DNA of 64,000 nucleotides, from assembly GCA_037131105.1 (NCBI GenBank), contig JBAXRQ010000001.1:386039-450038 (forward strand), given 5' to 3'. The stretch's first letter is position 1. Every line of letters starts with the position of its first letter. The stretch comes from a bacterium (lineage in GTDB: Bacteria; Patescibacteriota; UBA1384; CAILIB01). Both the position numbers and the translations under genes were made by a program. The notes under the pieces were generated by a model that saw only the letters and a list, made by a program, of their open reading frames with translations, was not told the origin of the DNA and searched no databases. This document shows positions 38,047 through 47,889 of this stretch, in pieces.

Positions 38047-39522
38047 ATGAAAATAGCAGTCATCGGAGCAGGTATCGGCGGACTGGCCACAGCGGCGCTT
38101 CTTGCTAAGGACGGCCACGACGTCGAGATCATAGAAAAGAATGAGGCGCCCGGCGGCAGGGCGGCTGTTTTTGAGGAGTCCGGCTTTCGCTTTGACATGG
38201 GCCCTTCCTGGTACCTGATGCCCGATGTCTTTGAGAACTTTTTCGCTGAGTTCGGCGTATCGGCCCAGGAGGTCCTTAAGCTGATGCGGCTGGATCCCTC
38301 GCACCGGTTCTTCTTTGAGGGGGACAAGGCACCCATAGACATTCCGGACAGCCTCGAGGGTGTAGCGGACGTCATTGAAGGGTTGGAGCCTGGCAGCCGT
38401 CAGCGCTTTCTTGACTACATGGTGGCTACCGGCAGGCAGTATCACTTAATCACCGATCATTTTCTGAACAGGCGCTATCGGGGGCCTCTCGACCTGATTA
38501 GCACTAAGGCGCTGGCCGCCCTCCGTACCTTGCCTCTGCTGGGATCTGTCGACACCTACGTGCGCCGTCGCTTTAAGACCGACAAGGTACGGAAGCTCCT
38601 GGAGTACTCGCTGGTGTTTTTGGGAACCTCGCCCTATCAGGCTCCGGGAATGTACTCGATGATGGCCCACGTCGACTATGCGCAGGGCGTGTACTATCCG
38701 GAGAAGGGCATCGGATCGTTGGTGGACGCCATGCTTGCCCTGGGGGAGGAGCGGGGGGTCAGGCTGCGCCTCAACGCTCCTGTTGCCAGCCTTGAGTGTG
38801 AGGCCGGCGTGGTGAAGGCGGTGGTCCTTGAGAGCGGTGAGCGCCTAGAATACGACTTGGTGATCTCCAACGCTGACATACACCATACCGAGACGGTGCT
38901 ACTGCCAGCCGAGGCCCGCAGCTATTCTGAGGAGTATTGGAAGAGCCGCACCCTGGCTCCTTCCGGACTGCTGATCTATCTGGGTATCAAGGGGAGAGTG
39001 CCTCAGCTTTCCCATCACAACTTATACATTGCCAAGGACTGGGACCGGCATTTTGACAGTATCTTTAAGGACCCAGCCTGGCCTGAAAACCCCAGCTTCT
39101 ACGTCTGCATGCCGAGCGCTACCGATCCTACCGTGGCACCTGAAGGAGATGAGAATCTCTTCGTCTTCCTTCCTCTGGCCTCCAAGCCAGAACTGTTCCA
39201 GGATAAGGAAGCCCTGGCTGACATACTTATTAAGCAAATCGCCGAGGTCTGCGACATACCTGATCTCAGCGAGCGCGTAGCTTACCGGAGGGTCTTTGGG
39301 CCGAGTGATTTTGTGGAGCGCTACCATAGTCTGGGCGGCAGCGCCCTTGGTCTAGCTCATACCCTTTCTCAGACCGCCTTTCTGCGTCCCTCCCAGCGTA
39401 GTCGCCGGATTTCCAACCTGTATTACGTGGGGGCAGGGGTTCATCCCGGCATCGGTATGCCGGTAAGCGTAATCAGCGCCCAGATTCTTCGAGACAGCTT
39501 AAGAAAGGAGTACCGTGCTTAG
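38047..39522 (+). CDS. crtI: Phytoene desaturase
   Basis: GAGIGG FAD motif, GFRFDMGPSWY, LYYVGAGVHPGIGMP. Confidence 0.95.
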   Translation: MKIAVIGAGIGGLATAALLAKDGHDVEIIEKNEAPGGRAAVFEESGFRFDMGPSWYLMPDVFENFFAEFGVSAQEVLKLMRLDPSHRFFFEGDKAPIDIPDSLEGVADVIEGLEPGSRQRFLDYMVATGRQYHLITDHFLNRRYRGPLDLISTKALAALRTLPLLGSVDTYVRRRFKTDKVRKLLEYSLVFLGTSPYQAPGMYSMMAHVDYAQGVYYPEKGIGSLVDAMLALGEERGVRLRLNAPVASLECEAGVVKAVVLESGERLEYDLVISNADIHHTETVLLPAEARSYSEEYWKSRTLAPSGLLIYLGIKGRVPQLSHHNLYIAKDWDRHFDSIFKDPAWPENPSFYVCMPSATDPTVAPEGDENLFVFLPLASKPELFQDKEALADILIKQIAEVCDIPDLSERVAYRRVFGPSDFVERYHSLGGSALGLAHTLSQTAFLRPSQRSRRISNLYYVGAGVHPGIGMPVSVISAQILRDSLRKEYRA

Positions 39523-40564
39523 CAGGTCTGAATTCAGAGAGTTGGTTGACCGGGAGATATCCCGGCAGTATGACCTGCAGCTGGGACAAGCTCCGTCGGG
39601 AGCGGATTCCTATACCAGGCTTCTTGTTGACCTAAAGGAGTTCATATTGAAAGGGGGGAAACGTAATCGTCCTTACCTTCTTTACCTTGGCTATGTAGGC
39701 TGGGGAGGCGCTGACGTCGATTCGCTGGTGCCGATAGCGGCATGCCTAGAGATCATGCACAACTTCCTGCTTATCCACGACGATATTATCGACAGGGACC
39801 TGATCAGGTACGGTGGTCCCAATATAGAGGGACAGTACCGTGAGCGTTTCGCCGGCAAGGAACGCGGCGAGAAGTTTGCCCAGGACGTGGCGCTGCTTGC
39901 TGGGGATATCGCCCACTTGGTGGCTATCGACGCGCTCGTCACCTCAGCCTTTACTGCCGATCAGAAGGTGATGGCATTGAGACTGGTGACGGAAAAGATC
40001 TTGGAGACCTCGGCCGGGCAGATTATTGATGTGCTCCCGTATGACGAAGGCGTTGAGACAGTAGAAGGAACTGACATCACCGGCATGTATGCTCTGAAGA
40101 CTGGTGGCTATAGTTTTGTCTTGCCACTCCTCCTGGGTGCAACTCTTGCGGGTGTGGAAAGGTCTGAGGAAGTACTGGCCTTTGCCACTCCCCTAGGTAT
40201 TGCTTTTCAGATAGGCGACGACCTTATCGGTACGTTTGGCTCTACCAGTTCCAGCGGGAAGCCGGTTGATGGCGACATCCGGGAGGGCAAGCAGACGGTA
40301 CTCTACAGCATGGCCAAGGAGCGTATGGTAGGAGAGGATGCAGATCTCCTTTCAATGCTGTATGGCAAGCGAACGGCCAGTGCAGAGGAAATCGCCCTGC
40401 TGGCCACCCGTATGGAGGCCTGCGGCGTCAGATCAGAGGGCGAGGCACTTCGTGACAGGTATCTGGACCAGGCGAAAGTCAAGCTTTCGGCGCTTGGCCT
40501 GACCGAGGAAGCTGAGAAGACCCTGGAAGTCCTGGCAGAGACCATCCGTAGTAGGGTGTCATGA
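39515..40564 (+). CDS. crtE: Polyprenyl (GGPP) synthase
   Basis: GGKRNRP, IHDDIID (FARM), FQIGDD (SARM), DIREGK. Confidence 0.88.
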   Translation: MLSRSEFRELVDREISRQYDLQLGQAPSGADSYTRLLVDLKEFILKGGKRNRPYLLYLGYVGWGGADVDSLVPIAACLEIMHNFLLIHDDIIDRDLIRYGGPNIEGQYRERFAGKERGEKFAQDVALLAGDIAHLVAIDALVTSAFTADQKVMALRLVTEKILETSAGQIIDVLPYDEGVETVEGTDITGMYALKTGGYSFVLPLLLGATLAGVERSEEVLAFATPLGIAFQIGDDLIGTFGSTSSSGKPVDGDIREGKQTVLYSMAKERMVGEDADLLSMLYGKRTASAEEIALLATRMEACGVRSEGEALRDRYLDQAKVKLSALGLTEEAEKTLEVLAETIRSRVS

Positions 40565-41391
40565 CCTCCCAGGAACGCTATCTGCAGGCGTCATTTGATC
40601 AGGCCAGACAGCTGACCCAAAGCTTCAGCACCTCCTTTGGCTGGTCCATTACGTTAATCGACAAGGAGCTGCGTCCGGCCATCTATGCCATATACGGCAT
40701 GGTCAGGTTGGCCGACGAGATTGTAGATACCCATTTCCCGGACGAAGAGCCGGAAGCCGAGTTGAAGCGCTTCGAGGCCGAACTGTGGCGCGCCATTGAG
40801 AAGAAGTATAGCCGGGATCCCATCCTGCATGCCTTCCAGCACGTCTATCACGCCTATTCCCTGCGGCGCGAGACAGTGGAGTGGTTCATCTCCAGTATGG
40901 CCATGGACCTGGAGCCCGTTGTATATGATGAGAAGCTGTACCGCCAGTATATCCGGGGTTCTGCCGAGGCGGTCGGCCTGATGTGCCTCTCGGTATTCGG
41001 CAGGGGGAACCAGGATTTCTATACCAAGAATGAAAAGGGGGCCCAGGCGCTGGGCTCTGCCTTTCAAAAAGTGAACTTTCTGCGCGATATGGGTGATGAC
41101 TTCCATGAGAGGGGCCGCACTTATTTCCCAGGTGTCAAGCCAGGAGGGCTGACCGTCCTGCAAAAACGGGCCATAGAAGACGACGTAGAGACTGAGTATG
41201 CCGCCGCCCGATCCTACGTACGGGCGCTGCCACCCGAGGCCAGACGGGGAGTGGCCTTGGCCCTTGCCTATTACGAGGAGCTGTTAGATGAAATTCGGCC
41301 GCTAAGTCCGGAGGAGCTGATGCGAAAGCGGGTCAGTGTGCCGAATGGTCGCAAGCTGGCTCTCTACCTCCGTGCCAGGATGCTGGGCTGA
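40561..41391 (+). CDS. crtB: Phytoene synthase
   Basis: STSF, RLADEIVD, FQKVNFLRD, GRTYFP. Confidence 0.93.
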   Translation: MTSQERYLQASFDQARQLTQSFSTSFGWSITLIDKELRPAIYAIYGMVRLADEIVDTHFPDEEPEAELKRFEAELWRAIEKKYSRDPILHAFQHVYHAYSLRRETVEWFISSMAMDLEPVVYDEKLYRQYIRGSAEAVGLMCLSVFGRGNQDFYTKNEKGAQALGSAFQKVNFLRDMGDDFHERGRTYFPGVKPGGLTVLQKRAIEDDVETEYAAARSYVRALPPEARRGVALALAYYEELLDEIRPLSPEELMRKRVSVPNGRKLALYLRARMLG

Positions 41392-41534
41392 AAAGGTCGG
41401 CTACTGGACAAAATCCGTATCTTATGCTATAGTCAGAACATTATATCAGGCTCATTTCTGAGCCGATGCTCCGTTCTCATGCGTCATTGTCATAATGATC
41501 CTCGGGAGTGGATCATTAATTCGTGACGTATCTC

Positions 41535-42770
41535 ATGGAATCAACCCCTACGCCGTTAAACGGCTTTGCTGGGCTGGGCCTTAGCCCAGTCATTATGACT
41601 GCTCTCGAGAAGCAGAATTTTGTTACGCCTACTCCTATCCAGGCCCAGGCCATCCCTATCGCCGTTACCGGCAAGGATGTCATCGGTATCGCTCAGACCG
41701 GTACCGGTAAGACCTTGGCCTTCTCCCTGCCTATCCTGCAGCGTCTTTCTGCTGAACAGGGTAATGCCCTTATCCTTTTGCCTACCCGCGAGCTCGCTCT
41801 GCAGGTACAGGAGAATATCCGCAAGATCTCGCCCTTTGTCGGCCAGCCGCTTCGCAGCTGCGTCCTGATTGGAGGCGCTTCAATCTACGGACAGATCCAG
41901 GAGCTGCGCCGTCATCCTCGCATTATCATCGCTACTCCCGGCCGCCTTATCGACCACCTTACCCAGGGCAATATTAAGCTTGACCAGGTCAAGGTGTTGG
42001 TACTGGACGAGGCAGACCGCATGCTGGACATGGGCTTCGCCCCCCAGCTGCGCCGTATCATGGAGACCGTGCCTAAGGAGCGTCAGACCTTGTTCTTTTC
42101 GGCTACCATGCCTTCGGAGATCCTCAGCCTGGTCAACACCTACCTGAATAACCCCGCCCGCGTCGAAGTAGCTCCCGCCGGTACCAGCGCTGAGCTGGTC
42201 GAGCAGGAACTCTGCTACGCCAGCCAGATGGGCAAGCTTACCATTCTTGAGACCCTGCTTGCCGAGTACAAGGGGACCATCCTGGTCTTCTCGCGTACCA
42301 AGCATGGCGCTACCAAGATCATGAGGAAGGTAGAGGCTATGGGTCACAAGGCAGCCGAGATCCACTCTAACAAGTCACTCAGCCAGCGCCGCCAGGCCCT
42401 GGACGGCTTCAAGTCTGGCCGTTACCGCGTCCTTATCGCTACTGACATTGCCGCCCGTGGTATCGACGTGACCGGCATCGAGCTGGTGATCAACTTCGAC
42501 CTGCCTGACGCTCCTGAGGACTACATCCACCGTATCGGACGTACCGGACGGGCTGGACGCGAGGGCAAGGCCATCTCATTGGCTACTCCTGACCAGCAGA
42601 ACGACGTGCGACGCATCGAGCGTTTGGTGGGCAAGCCCCTTAAGATCTCCCATCTTTCTGAGCTGCGCCCCGCCCAGCCTTCTCGCGACGCCTACCACCC
42701 AAAGCCTACCCACTCTTCGCATCGTCCAGGCCAGAAACGCCGTCCTCACTTCCGTTCGTTCAACGTTTAA
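41535..42770 (+). CDS. DEAD-box RNA helicase (RhlE-like)
   Basis: AQTGTGKT, PTRELA, DEAD, SAT, HRIGRTGR. Confidence 0.95.
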   Translation: MESTPTPLNGFAGLGLSPVIMTALEKQNFVTPTPIQAQAIPIAVTGKDVIGIAQTGTGKTLAFSLPILQRLSAEQGNALILLPTRELALQVQENIRKISPFVGQPLRSCVLIGGASIYGQIQELRRHPRIIIATPGRLIDHLTQGNIKLDQVKVLVLDEADRMLDMGFAPQLRRIMETVPKERQTLFFSATMPSEILSLVNTYLNNPARVEVAPAGTSAELVEQELCYASQMGKLTILETLLAEYKGTILVFSRTKHGATKIMRKVEAMGHKAAEIHSNKSLSQRRQALDGFKSGRYRVLIATDIAARGIDVTGIELVINFDLPDAPEDYIHRIGRTGRAGREGKAISLATPDQQNDVRRIERLVGKPLKISHLSELRPAQPSRDAYHPKPTHSSHRPGQKRRPHFRSFNV

Positions 42771-42957
42771 GTACTCACTGCTGTAAGCCAGTTCACTGGA
42801 CAGCCTGTGTGAGATAGGTTTGAATAAGGGTATGACTGAAGACCTACTGATCGTCGTTACCCTCACTTTTCTTGGCACCGTGCTTGGCTTAGTCGGCACC
42901 CTTTTGTACAAGGGTGCCGTCTTTTTTGTCGAATATTTTTTTCGGGGACGACTGTAG

Positions 42958-43704
42958 ATGGACGCCCCTATTGTCCTTACCTGTGGGGAGGCGTGCGCGA
43001 CTATACTTCCAGACCGTGGCGCCACGGTAACACGCTGGATGGTAAAGGGGAAGGATATCTTCTATCCGGAGACGCTTTCACCTGTTTGCGGGCAGTTGCG
43101 GCGTCGCGGGGGAATGCCACTTCTATTCCCCCAGGCAGGGGAGGGAAAGGGTGAACTAGTTAACCATGGCTTTGCTCGGTCTTTGCCCTGGCAGGAGCGT
43201 GAGGTATGTGCTGACAGGGCGTCATTTACCTTAGCCGATACCGAGGCTACCCGCGCTGCCTACCCGTTTTCCTTTGGGCTACAAGCTGATATCCACCTGT
43301 TTGAGGACGCCTTGGAATATGTCCTTACCGTTAAGAATACCGGCAAGGTGCCCTTGCCCACGGCGCCAGGACTCCATCCTTATCTCAAGATTACCAACCG
43401 AAATAAGGGTCGTATTGAGACCGATATCCCTGGATTTTCAGCTGGCTCATTCACCGGTCCTCACACCCTCTTTTTCCCCTGGCAGAAACAAGCCGAGATT
43501 CGCATGCCTGATGGAGGAGGCGTCCAAATCGCGGCTGACAAGAGTTTTAAAAGGCTGTCAGTATGGACTGAACCTGGGAATGACTTCATATGCTTTGAAC
43601 CGTGGCGTGGTGAGGTAGGGGCACTGCAAGATCCTAAGCAAGTACTGATGGTCGCTCCTTCTAAATCCTTACAGCTACGGCTGCGTCTCCAGAATCTGGT
43701 ATAG
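42958..43704 (+). CDS. Aldose 1-epimerase (galactose mutarotase-like) family protein
   Basis: RGGMPLLFP, HGFAR, HPY, FICFEPW. Confidence 0.88.
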   Translation: MDAPIVLTCGEACATILPDRGATVTRWMVKGKDIFYPETLSPVCGQLRRRGGMPLLFPQAGEGKGELVNHGFARSLPWQEREVCADRASFTLADTEATRAAYPFSFGLQADIHLFEDALEYVLTVKNTGKVPLPTAPGLHPYLKITNRNKGRIETDIPGFSAGSFTGPHTLFFPWQKQAEIRMPDGGGVQIAADKSFKRLSVWTEPGNDFICFEPWRGEVGALQDPKQVLMVAPSKSLQLRLRLQNLV

Positions 43705-43711
43705 TACGGCT

Positions 43712-44560
43712 ATGATATTCTCTCGATATGAGCTCCCGGTGGTATCTGGTCATGGCCGTGGCCGTCTCCTAGGATATCCCACCTTCAATCTGGTCATTCC
43801 GGAAGGTTTTGAGCTGCCCTTCGGGATATATGCCGCTTGGGCCTGGATAGGTGACGTCCGGTACGGCGCCGCTATGCATTATGGGCCTATTCCGGTATTT
43901 GATGATCCGAAGCCCAGCCTCGAGCTGTTTTTGCTTGATTACAAGGATGACGATAGTATCGTCGATATACTAGGGGTGGAACCGGTGAGGTATCTACGTG
44001 AGATCCGCCCGTTTGCTTCGCCTGAGAATCTGGCCGAAGCCATTGGTAACGACGTGCTAGTAACTAGAGAATATCTAGCTGACCGGCAGCTACTAGACTA
44101 TCTTGCTGACGAGGCGAGTTCATACCCTCGATTCGAGGACGGCCGCATTGACTATACGGATACTCCTTCAGCCGCTGGTGTGGGCATATTCCTTGAGCAT
44201 GACGGAAAGCTACTGTTAGTAAAAAGAAGTGAAAAGGTAGGTAGCTATAAGGGGCGTTGGCATGTAGTCTCTGGATATCTTGATGAGCCGGTCAGTCTGC
44301 GAGAGAAAGCTGAAGAGGAACTTCGGGAGGAACTTTCACTTACCTTGCCTAGCACTCTTGAGTGGCTTTTTGGTCCAGGGTTTAGGAGTCAGGACGGGCA
44401 TCTGCTGTTGTTTTCGTGTTTGATCCGACTTAAGAGTGTTCCTGAGATAACTCTTGATTGGGAGAATACTGAGTATAGCTGGGTGGATATCACTGAGATT
44501 GTCAGGTTTGACCCGGTGCCCAGCTGCCTTCAAGAATGGGCTCATCTACTTGCATTATGA
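43712..44560 (+). CDS. Riboflavin kinase domain fused to a NUDIX hydrolase
   Basis: GHGRGRLLGYPTFN...YLREIRPF, then SGYLDE...EELREEL Nudix box. Confidence 0.85.
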   Translation: MIFSRYELPVVSGHGRGRLLGYPTFNLVIPEGFELPFGIYAAWAWIGDVRYGAAMHYGPIPVFDDPKPSLELFLLDYKDDDSIVDILGVEPVRYLREIRPFASPENLAEAIGNDVLVTREYLADRQLLDYLADEASSYPRFEDGRIDYTDTPSAAGVGIFLEHDGKLLLVKRSEKVGSYKGRWHVVSGYLDEPVSLREKAEEELREELSLTLPSTLEWLFGPGFRSQDGHLLLFSCLIRLKSVPEITLDWENTEYSWVDITEIVRFDPVPSCLQEWAHLLAL

Positions 44561-45084
44561 ATATACTGCCGTACCATCTTCCTGAGGTGTTATATCTTCC
44601 CTATGACGACCAGCTTCCGCGAGTAGCTGAAATGCTCGAAATGGCCATTAAAGCTGCCCTTCCTGATCTTGAAGTAGATCATATTGGCAGTACCTCGATA
44701 CCAGGTATGCCAGGAAAGAATAGTCTGAACTTGGTAGTACTCTGCTCTCGCGATCGATTTCCAGCAGTTTTGAAACTACTTGAAGATCTTGGTTTTCAGA
44801 ATCATCCCTTTAAACATGAGCCGGCAGATCGCCCCTTAAAAGTGGGTAGTATCGAGCATGGTGGAAAGCTCTACGGCATCCATGTGCATGTGCTTGAGAA
44901 GGACTCAGATAATCATCGTAATTCACTGTTTTTTCGTGACTACTTGCGCTCGCATCCTGATGAGGCTAAACAGTATGCTGAATTGAAGCGTAGCTTAGTC
45001 GGGAGAAAGATGTCGTCTGAGGAATACAACGCAGCTAAGCAGCCGTTTATTCTGGAGATCCTAGTCAAGCGGGACCTGAACTGA
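44557..45084 (+). CDS. GrpB family (nucleotidyltransferase-fold) protein
   Basis: HIGSTSIPG, FRDYLR.HP, YAELK. Confidence 0.88.
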   Translation: MNILPYHLPEVLYLPYDDQLPRVAEMLEMAIKAALPDLEVDHIGSTSIPGMPGKNSLNLVVLCSRDRFPAVLKLLEDLGFQNHPFKHEPADRPLKVGSIEHGGKLYGIHVHVLEKDSDNHRNSLFFRDYLRSHPDEAKQYAELKRSLVGRKMSSEEYNAAKQPFILEILVKRDLN

Positions 45085-45114
45085 TAGATTGGAGCTGCCC
45101 CTAAATCCCATACT

Positions 45115-46116
45115 ATGCAGACCCATCAGGCCGAAGCCATCGTGTTTTGCCGCTACCAGGATAGCTTTCGTTATCTTATTCTGAAACGTCGTCCGGAAGA
45201 CGGCGGATTTTGGCAGCCGGTGACTGGCGGAGTGGAGGAGGGTGAATCGGTGCTTGAGGCTGCCCTTCGAGAGGTGAGAGAAGAAACCGGCCTTACTCCT
45301 CTCGGTGAAGCCATTGATCTTGCTTATTCGTTTGAGTTCACCAACAGCAAGGACGAGACCCTTATTGAACAGGTCTACGCCGTTGAGGTCTCAGCTACCG
45401 AGTCGGTAGTACTTAGTCATGAGCATACCGAGTATGCTTGGCTGCCGTATGGTGCGGCTTTGGAGCGGATGAAGTGGGAGAATAACCGACAGGGTCTGCG
45501 GATCTTGCACGCTCGGCTCATTGGCCTACCGGCTGAGCGGCCCAGTACCATGCCCGAAAAAGCCGAGAGGGTATTTGAAGGCGACATCTTCGATGTCTAC
45601 CAGTGGCCCCAGGAGCTGTATGACGGTAGCAGCAAGACCTTCGAGAAGCTTCGGAGGCCGGATACCGCAGTAGTGATACCTATTACTGCAGACGGTCAGA
45701 TACTTATCCTGAATGAGGAGCAGCCGGGCAAGGCCGCAGCCCTCCAGTTTCCAGGGGGAAGGATTGAGGAGGGGGAGTCTCCCTTACAGGGAGTGGAACG
45801 TGAACTTCTCGAGGAGACTGGTTACTCTGTGGGCGATCTTACCCTTCTGACCACTGCCCAGCCCGTTTCAAAGATCGACTGGAACGTATATCTGTTCTTG
45901 GCCCGGGGCTGCACAAAGACGGGAGAGTTGTCTCTTGACCCAGGTGAGCGGATTGAGGTTAATACGGTGTCCTTCGATGATGTAGTCGATATGGTGAAGT
46001 CCGACACACTTCGTGATCCCGAAGTTATCACCATTGTCTTGAGAGCGTTACTTGATCCCTCTCTCTTAGCAGCGTTACGTGAAACCTGGCTGGCTCCAAT
46101 CTCTAATCCCTCCTGA
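45115..46116 (+). CDS. Tandem double-NUDIX hydrolase
   Basis: Two Nudix boxes: GGVEEGES...REVREETG and GGRIEEGES...RELLEETG. Confidence 0.9.
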   Translation: MQTHQAEAIVFCRYQDSFRYLILKRRPEDGGFWQPVTGGVEEGESVLEAALREVREETGLTPLGEAIDLAYSFEFTNSKDETLIEQVYAVEVSATESVVLSHEHTEYAWLPYGAALERMKWENNRQGLRILHARLIGLPAERPSTMPEKAERVFEGDIFDVYQWPQELYDGSSKTFEKLRRPDTAVVIPITADGQILILNEEQPGKAAALQFPGGRIEEGESPLQGVERELLEETGYSVGDLTLLTTAQPVSKIDWNVYLFLARGCTKTGELSLDPGERIEVNTVSFDDVVDMVKSDTLRDPEVITIVLRALLDPSLLAALRETWLAPISNPS

Positions 46117-47447
46117 TGACTATTCCCTCTAATCTGATGGTAAGTATCTCCGGTATCCGTGGTACGGTGCCCGAACCGCTAACCGCTGAAGTGGCCTATG
46201 CCTTTGCCTGGGCCTATGCGGCCATTCTTCCTGAAGGCCCGGTCGTGGTTAGTCGTGATTCGCGTCCTTCCGGTCCTGAGCTGAAAGGAGCCGTTATACG
46301 GGCATTGCAGACCCAAGGTCGTGAGGTGCTGGACGCCGATCTGATCCCGCTTCCTACCACTCAGCTTGCTGTAGAAAAGACTCATGCCGCCGGAGCTATT
46401 GATGTGACAGCCAGCCATAACCCGGCTGAGTATAACGGCCTCAAGTTTTTGAACAATAACGGCATCTTCATCGACCAGGCCACCCTTGATAAGCTGCTGG
46501 AGCAGGTGCGAGCTTTTTCTGACCACGACGGCCACAAGGACGGTGTCACTACCGATATCCACGAACAGGCGATGGGCTGGCACGTTGAACTACTGAAGGA
46601 TAAGGTGTTGCCGGGAAAACGGCTGATGGTGGCGGTGGACGCGGTAAACGGGGCAGGCTCAATTATTATTCCCCGTCTGCTCAGCCAGATGGATTGTGAC
46701 CTGCTACCCATCGCGGTGGATCCTACCCAGCCATTTCCCCATGTACCCGAACCTTTGCCAGCCAACCTGGTCTGGACCCAAGAGCAGCTGAAGGGCAAAC
46801 AGTTTGATCTGTGTCTGGTAGTAGATCCTGACGCTGACCGCCTGGTGGTCATCGACGAAAACGGCAGGCTCATCCCAGAAGAAGCCACTATACCGCTAGT
46901 AGCCCAGGAACTGATGTTGCAAGGTCGCAAGGGGCCCATTGTCATCAATATGTCCACCAGCCGTATGACTGAGGACGTAGCCGCCCAGTACGGGTCAACC
47001 GTAGAGCGCTCAAAGGTAGGTGAGGTGAACGTGGTGACCCGCATGCAGGAAGTGAACGCCATCTATGGTGGTGAGGGCGGCGGAGGCGTCATTGATCCTG
47101 AGATCCACTATGGCCGGGATAGTCTGGTAGGTCTTACTTATGTAGTAAGCCTGATCCGCCGCACCGGTAAGCCGCTCAGCCAGCTGGTAGACGAGCTGCC
47201 GCACTACGAGATGTTAAAGACTAAGTTGCCAGTCCCTACGGGAATCAGTCTGAATGAGATCTATGACAAGGTACAGGCCAAGTACCCTGACGCCAAGGCC
47301 AATCGTCTCGACGGACTCCGACTGGACTGGGCTGACCGCTGGGTGCATTTGCGTCCTTCAAATACTGAGCCAATTTTCAGAATCATTGCCGAGGCACCTA
47401 CGAGGGAGGAAGTGGAGAAGCTTGCCTCAGCCGGCATCCTTTTGTAA
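46116..47447 (+). CDS. Phosphohexomutase (PMM/PGM/GlmM family)
   Basis: SGIRG, TASHNP, DPDADR, RPSNTEP. Confidence 0.92.
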   Translation: MTIPSNLMVSISGIRGTVPEPLTAEVAYAFAWAYAAILPEGPVVVSRDSRPSGPELKGAVIRALQTQGREVLDADLIPLPTTQLAVEKTHAAGAIDVTASHNPAEYNGLKFLNNNGIFIDQATLDKLLEQVRAFSDHDGHKDGVTTDIHEQAMGWHVELLKDKVLPGKRLMVAVDAVNGAGSIIIPRLLSQMDCDLLPIAVDPTQPFPHVPEPLPANLVWTQEQLKGKQFDLCLVVDPDADRLVVIDENGRLIPEEATIPLVAQELMLQGRKGPIVINMSTSRMTEDVAAQYGSTVERSKVGEVNVVTRMQEVNAIYGGEGGGGVIDPEIHYGRDSLVGLTYVVSLIRRTGKPLSQLVDELPHYEMLKTKLPVPTGISLNEIYDKVQAKYPDAKANRLDGLRLDWADRWVHLRPSNTEPIFRIIAEAPTREEVEKLASAGILL

Positions 47448-47510
47448 GCTATAGGACTTGCACGAGCCAATTTTTGGGATAGAGTAAAAGTGCATACCAA
47501 ATCATATCCC

Positions 47511-47879
47511 ATGCGTACCTACTTCGGATTCTCGTGGATCGGCCTCATCTTTGTGTTTGCGGTGCTCGGAGGACTAGCTGCCGTCGCCTATCACAACAAG
47601 GGTTTGCTTGGCAATGACGGTACGGTAGTAATCGTTTCTCCCGCCTCAACACCGACTCCTACACCTATGGCGACTGTCATCCCAGCTCCACCTACCTTTG
47701 CGGGAGGGATAGCTGATGCTACCCCTGGTCCTATCGTAGCTGGTGCCTTGCCCAAAAGCGGCCCCGAGGATGGACTCGGAGCCGTGCTACTGCTTTCGGG
47801 TGCTGGGATTGCTCCGAGCTATTATTACTATCTTCGCAGGCGACTAAGGAAGGCTAGTAACCAGATTGATATTTACTAG
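47511..47879 (+). CDS. Small surface protein with LPxTG-like C-terminal signal
   Basis: N-terminal TM, PT linker, LPKSGP, hydrophobic stretch, RRRLRK tail. Confidence 0.65.
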   Translation: MRTYFGFSWIGLIFVFAVLGGLAAVAYHNKGLLGNDGTVVIVSPASTPTPTPMATVIPAPPTFAGGIADATPGPIVAGALPKSGPEDGLGAVLLLSGAGIAPSYYYYLRRRLRKASNQIDIY

Positions 47880-47889
47880 GGGCTATCTT

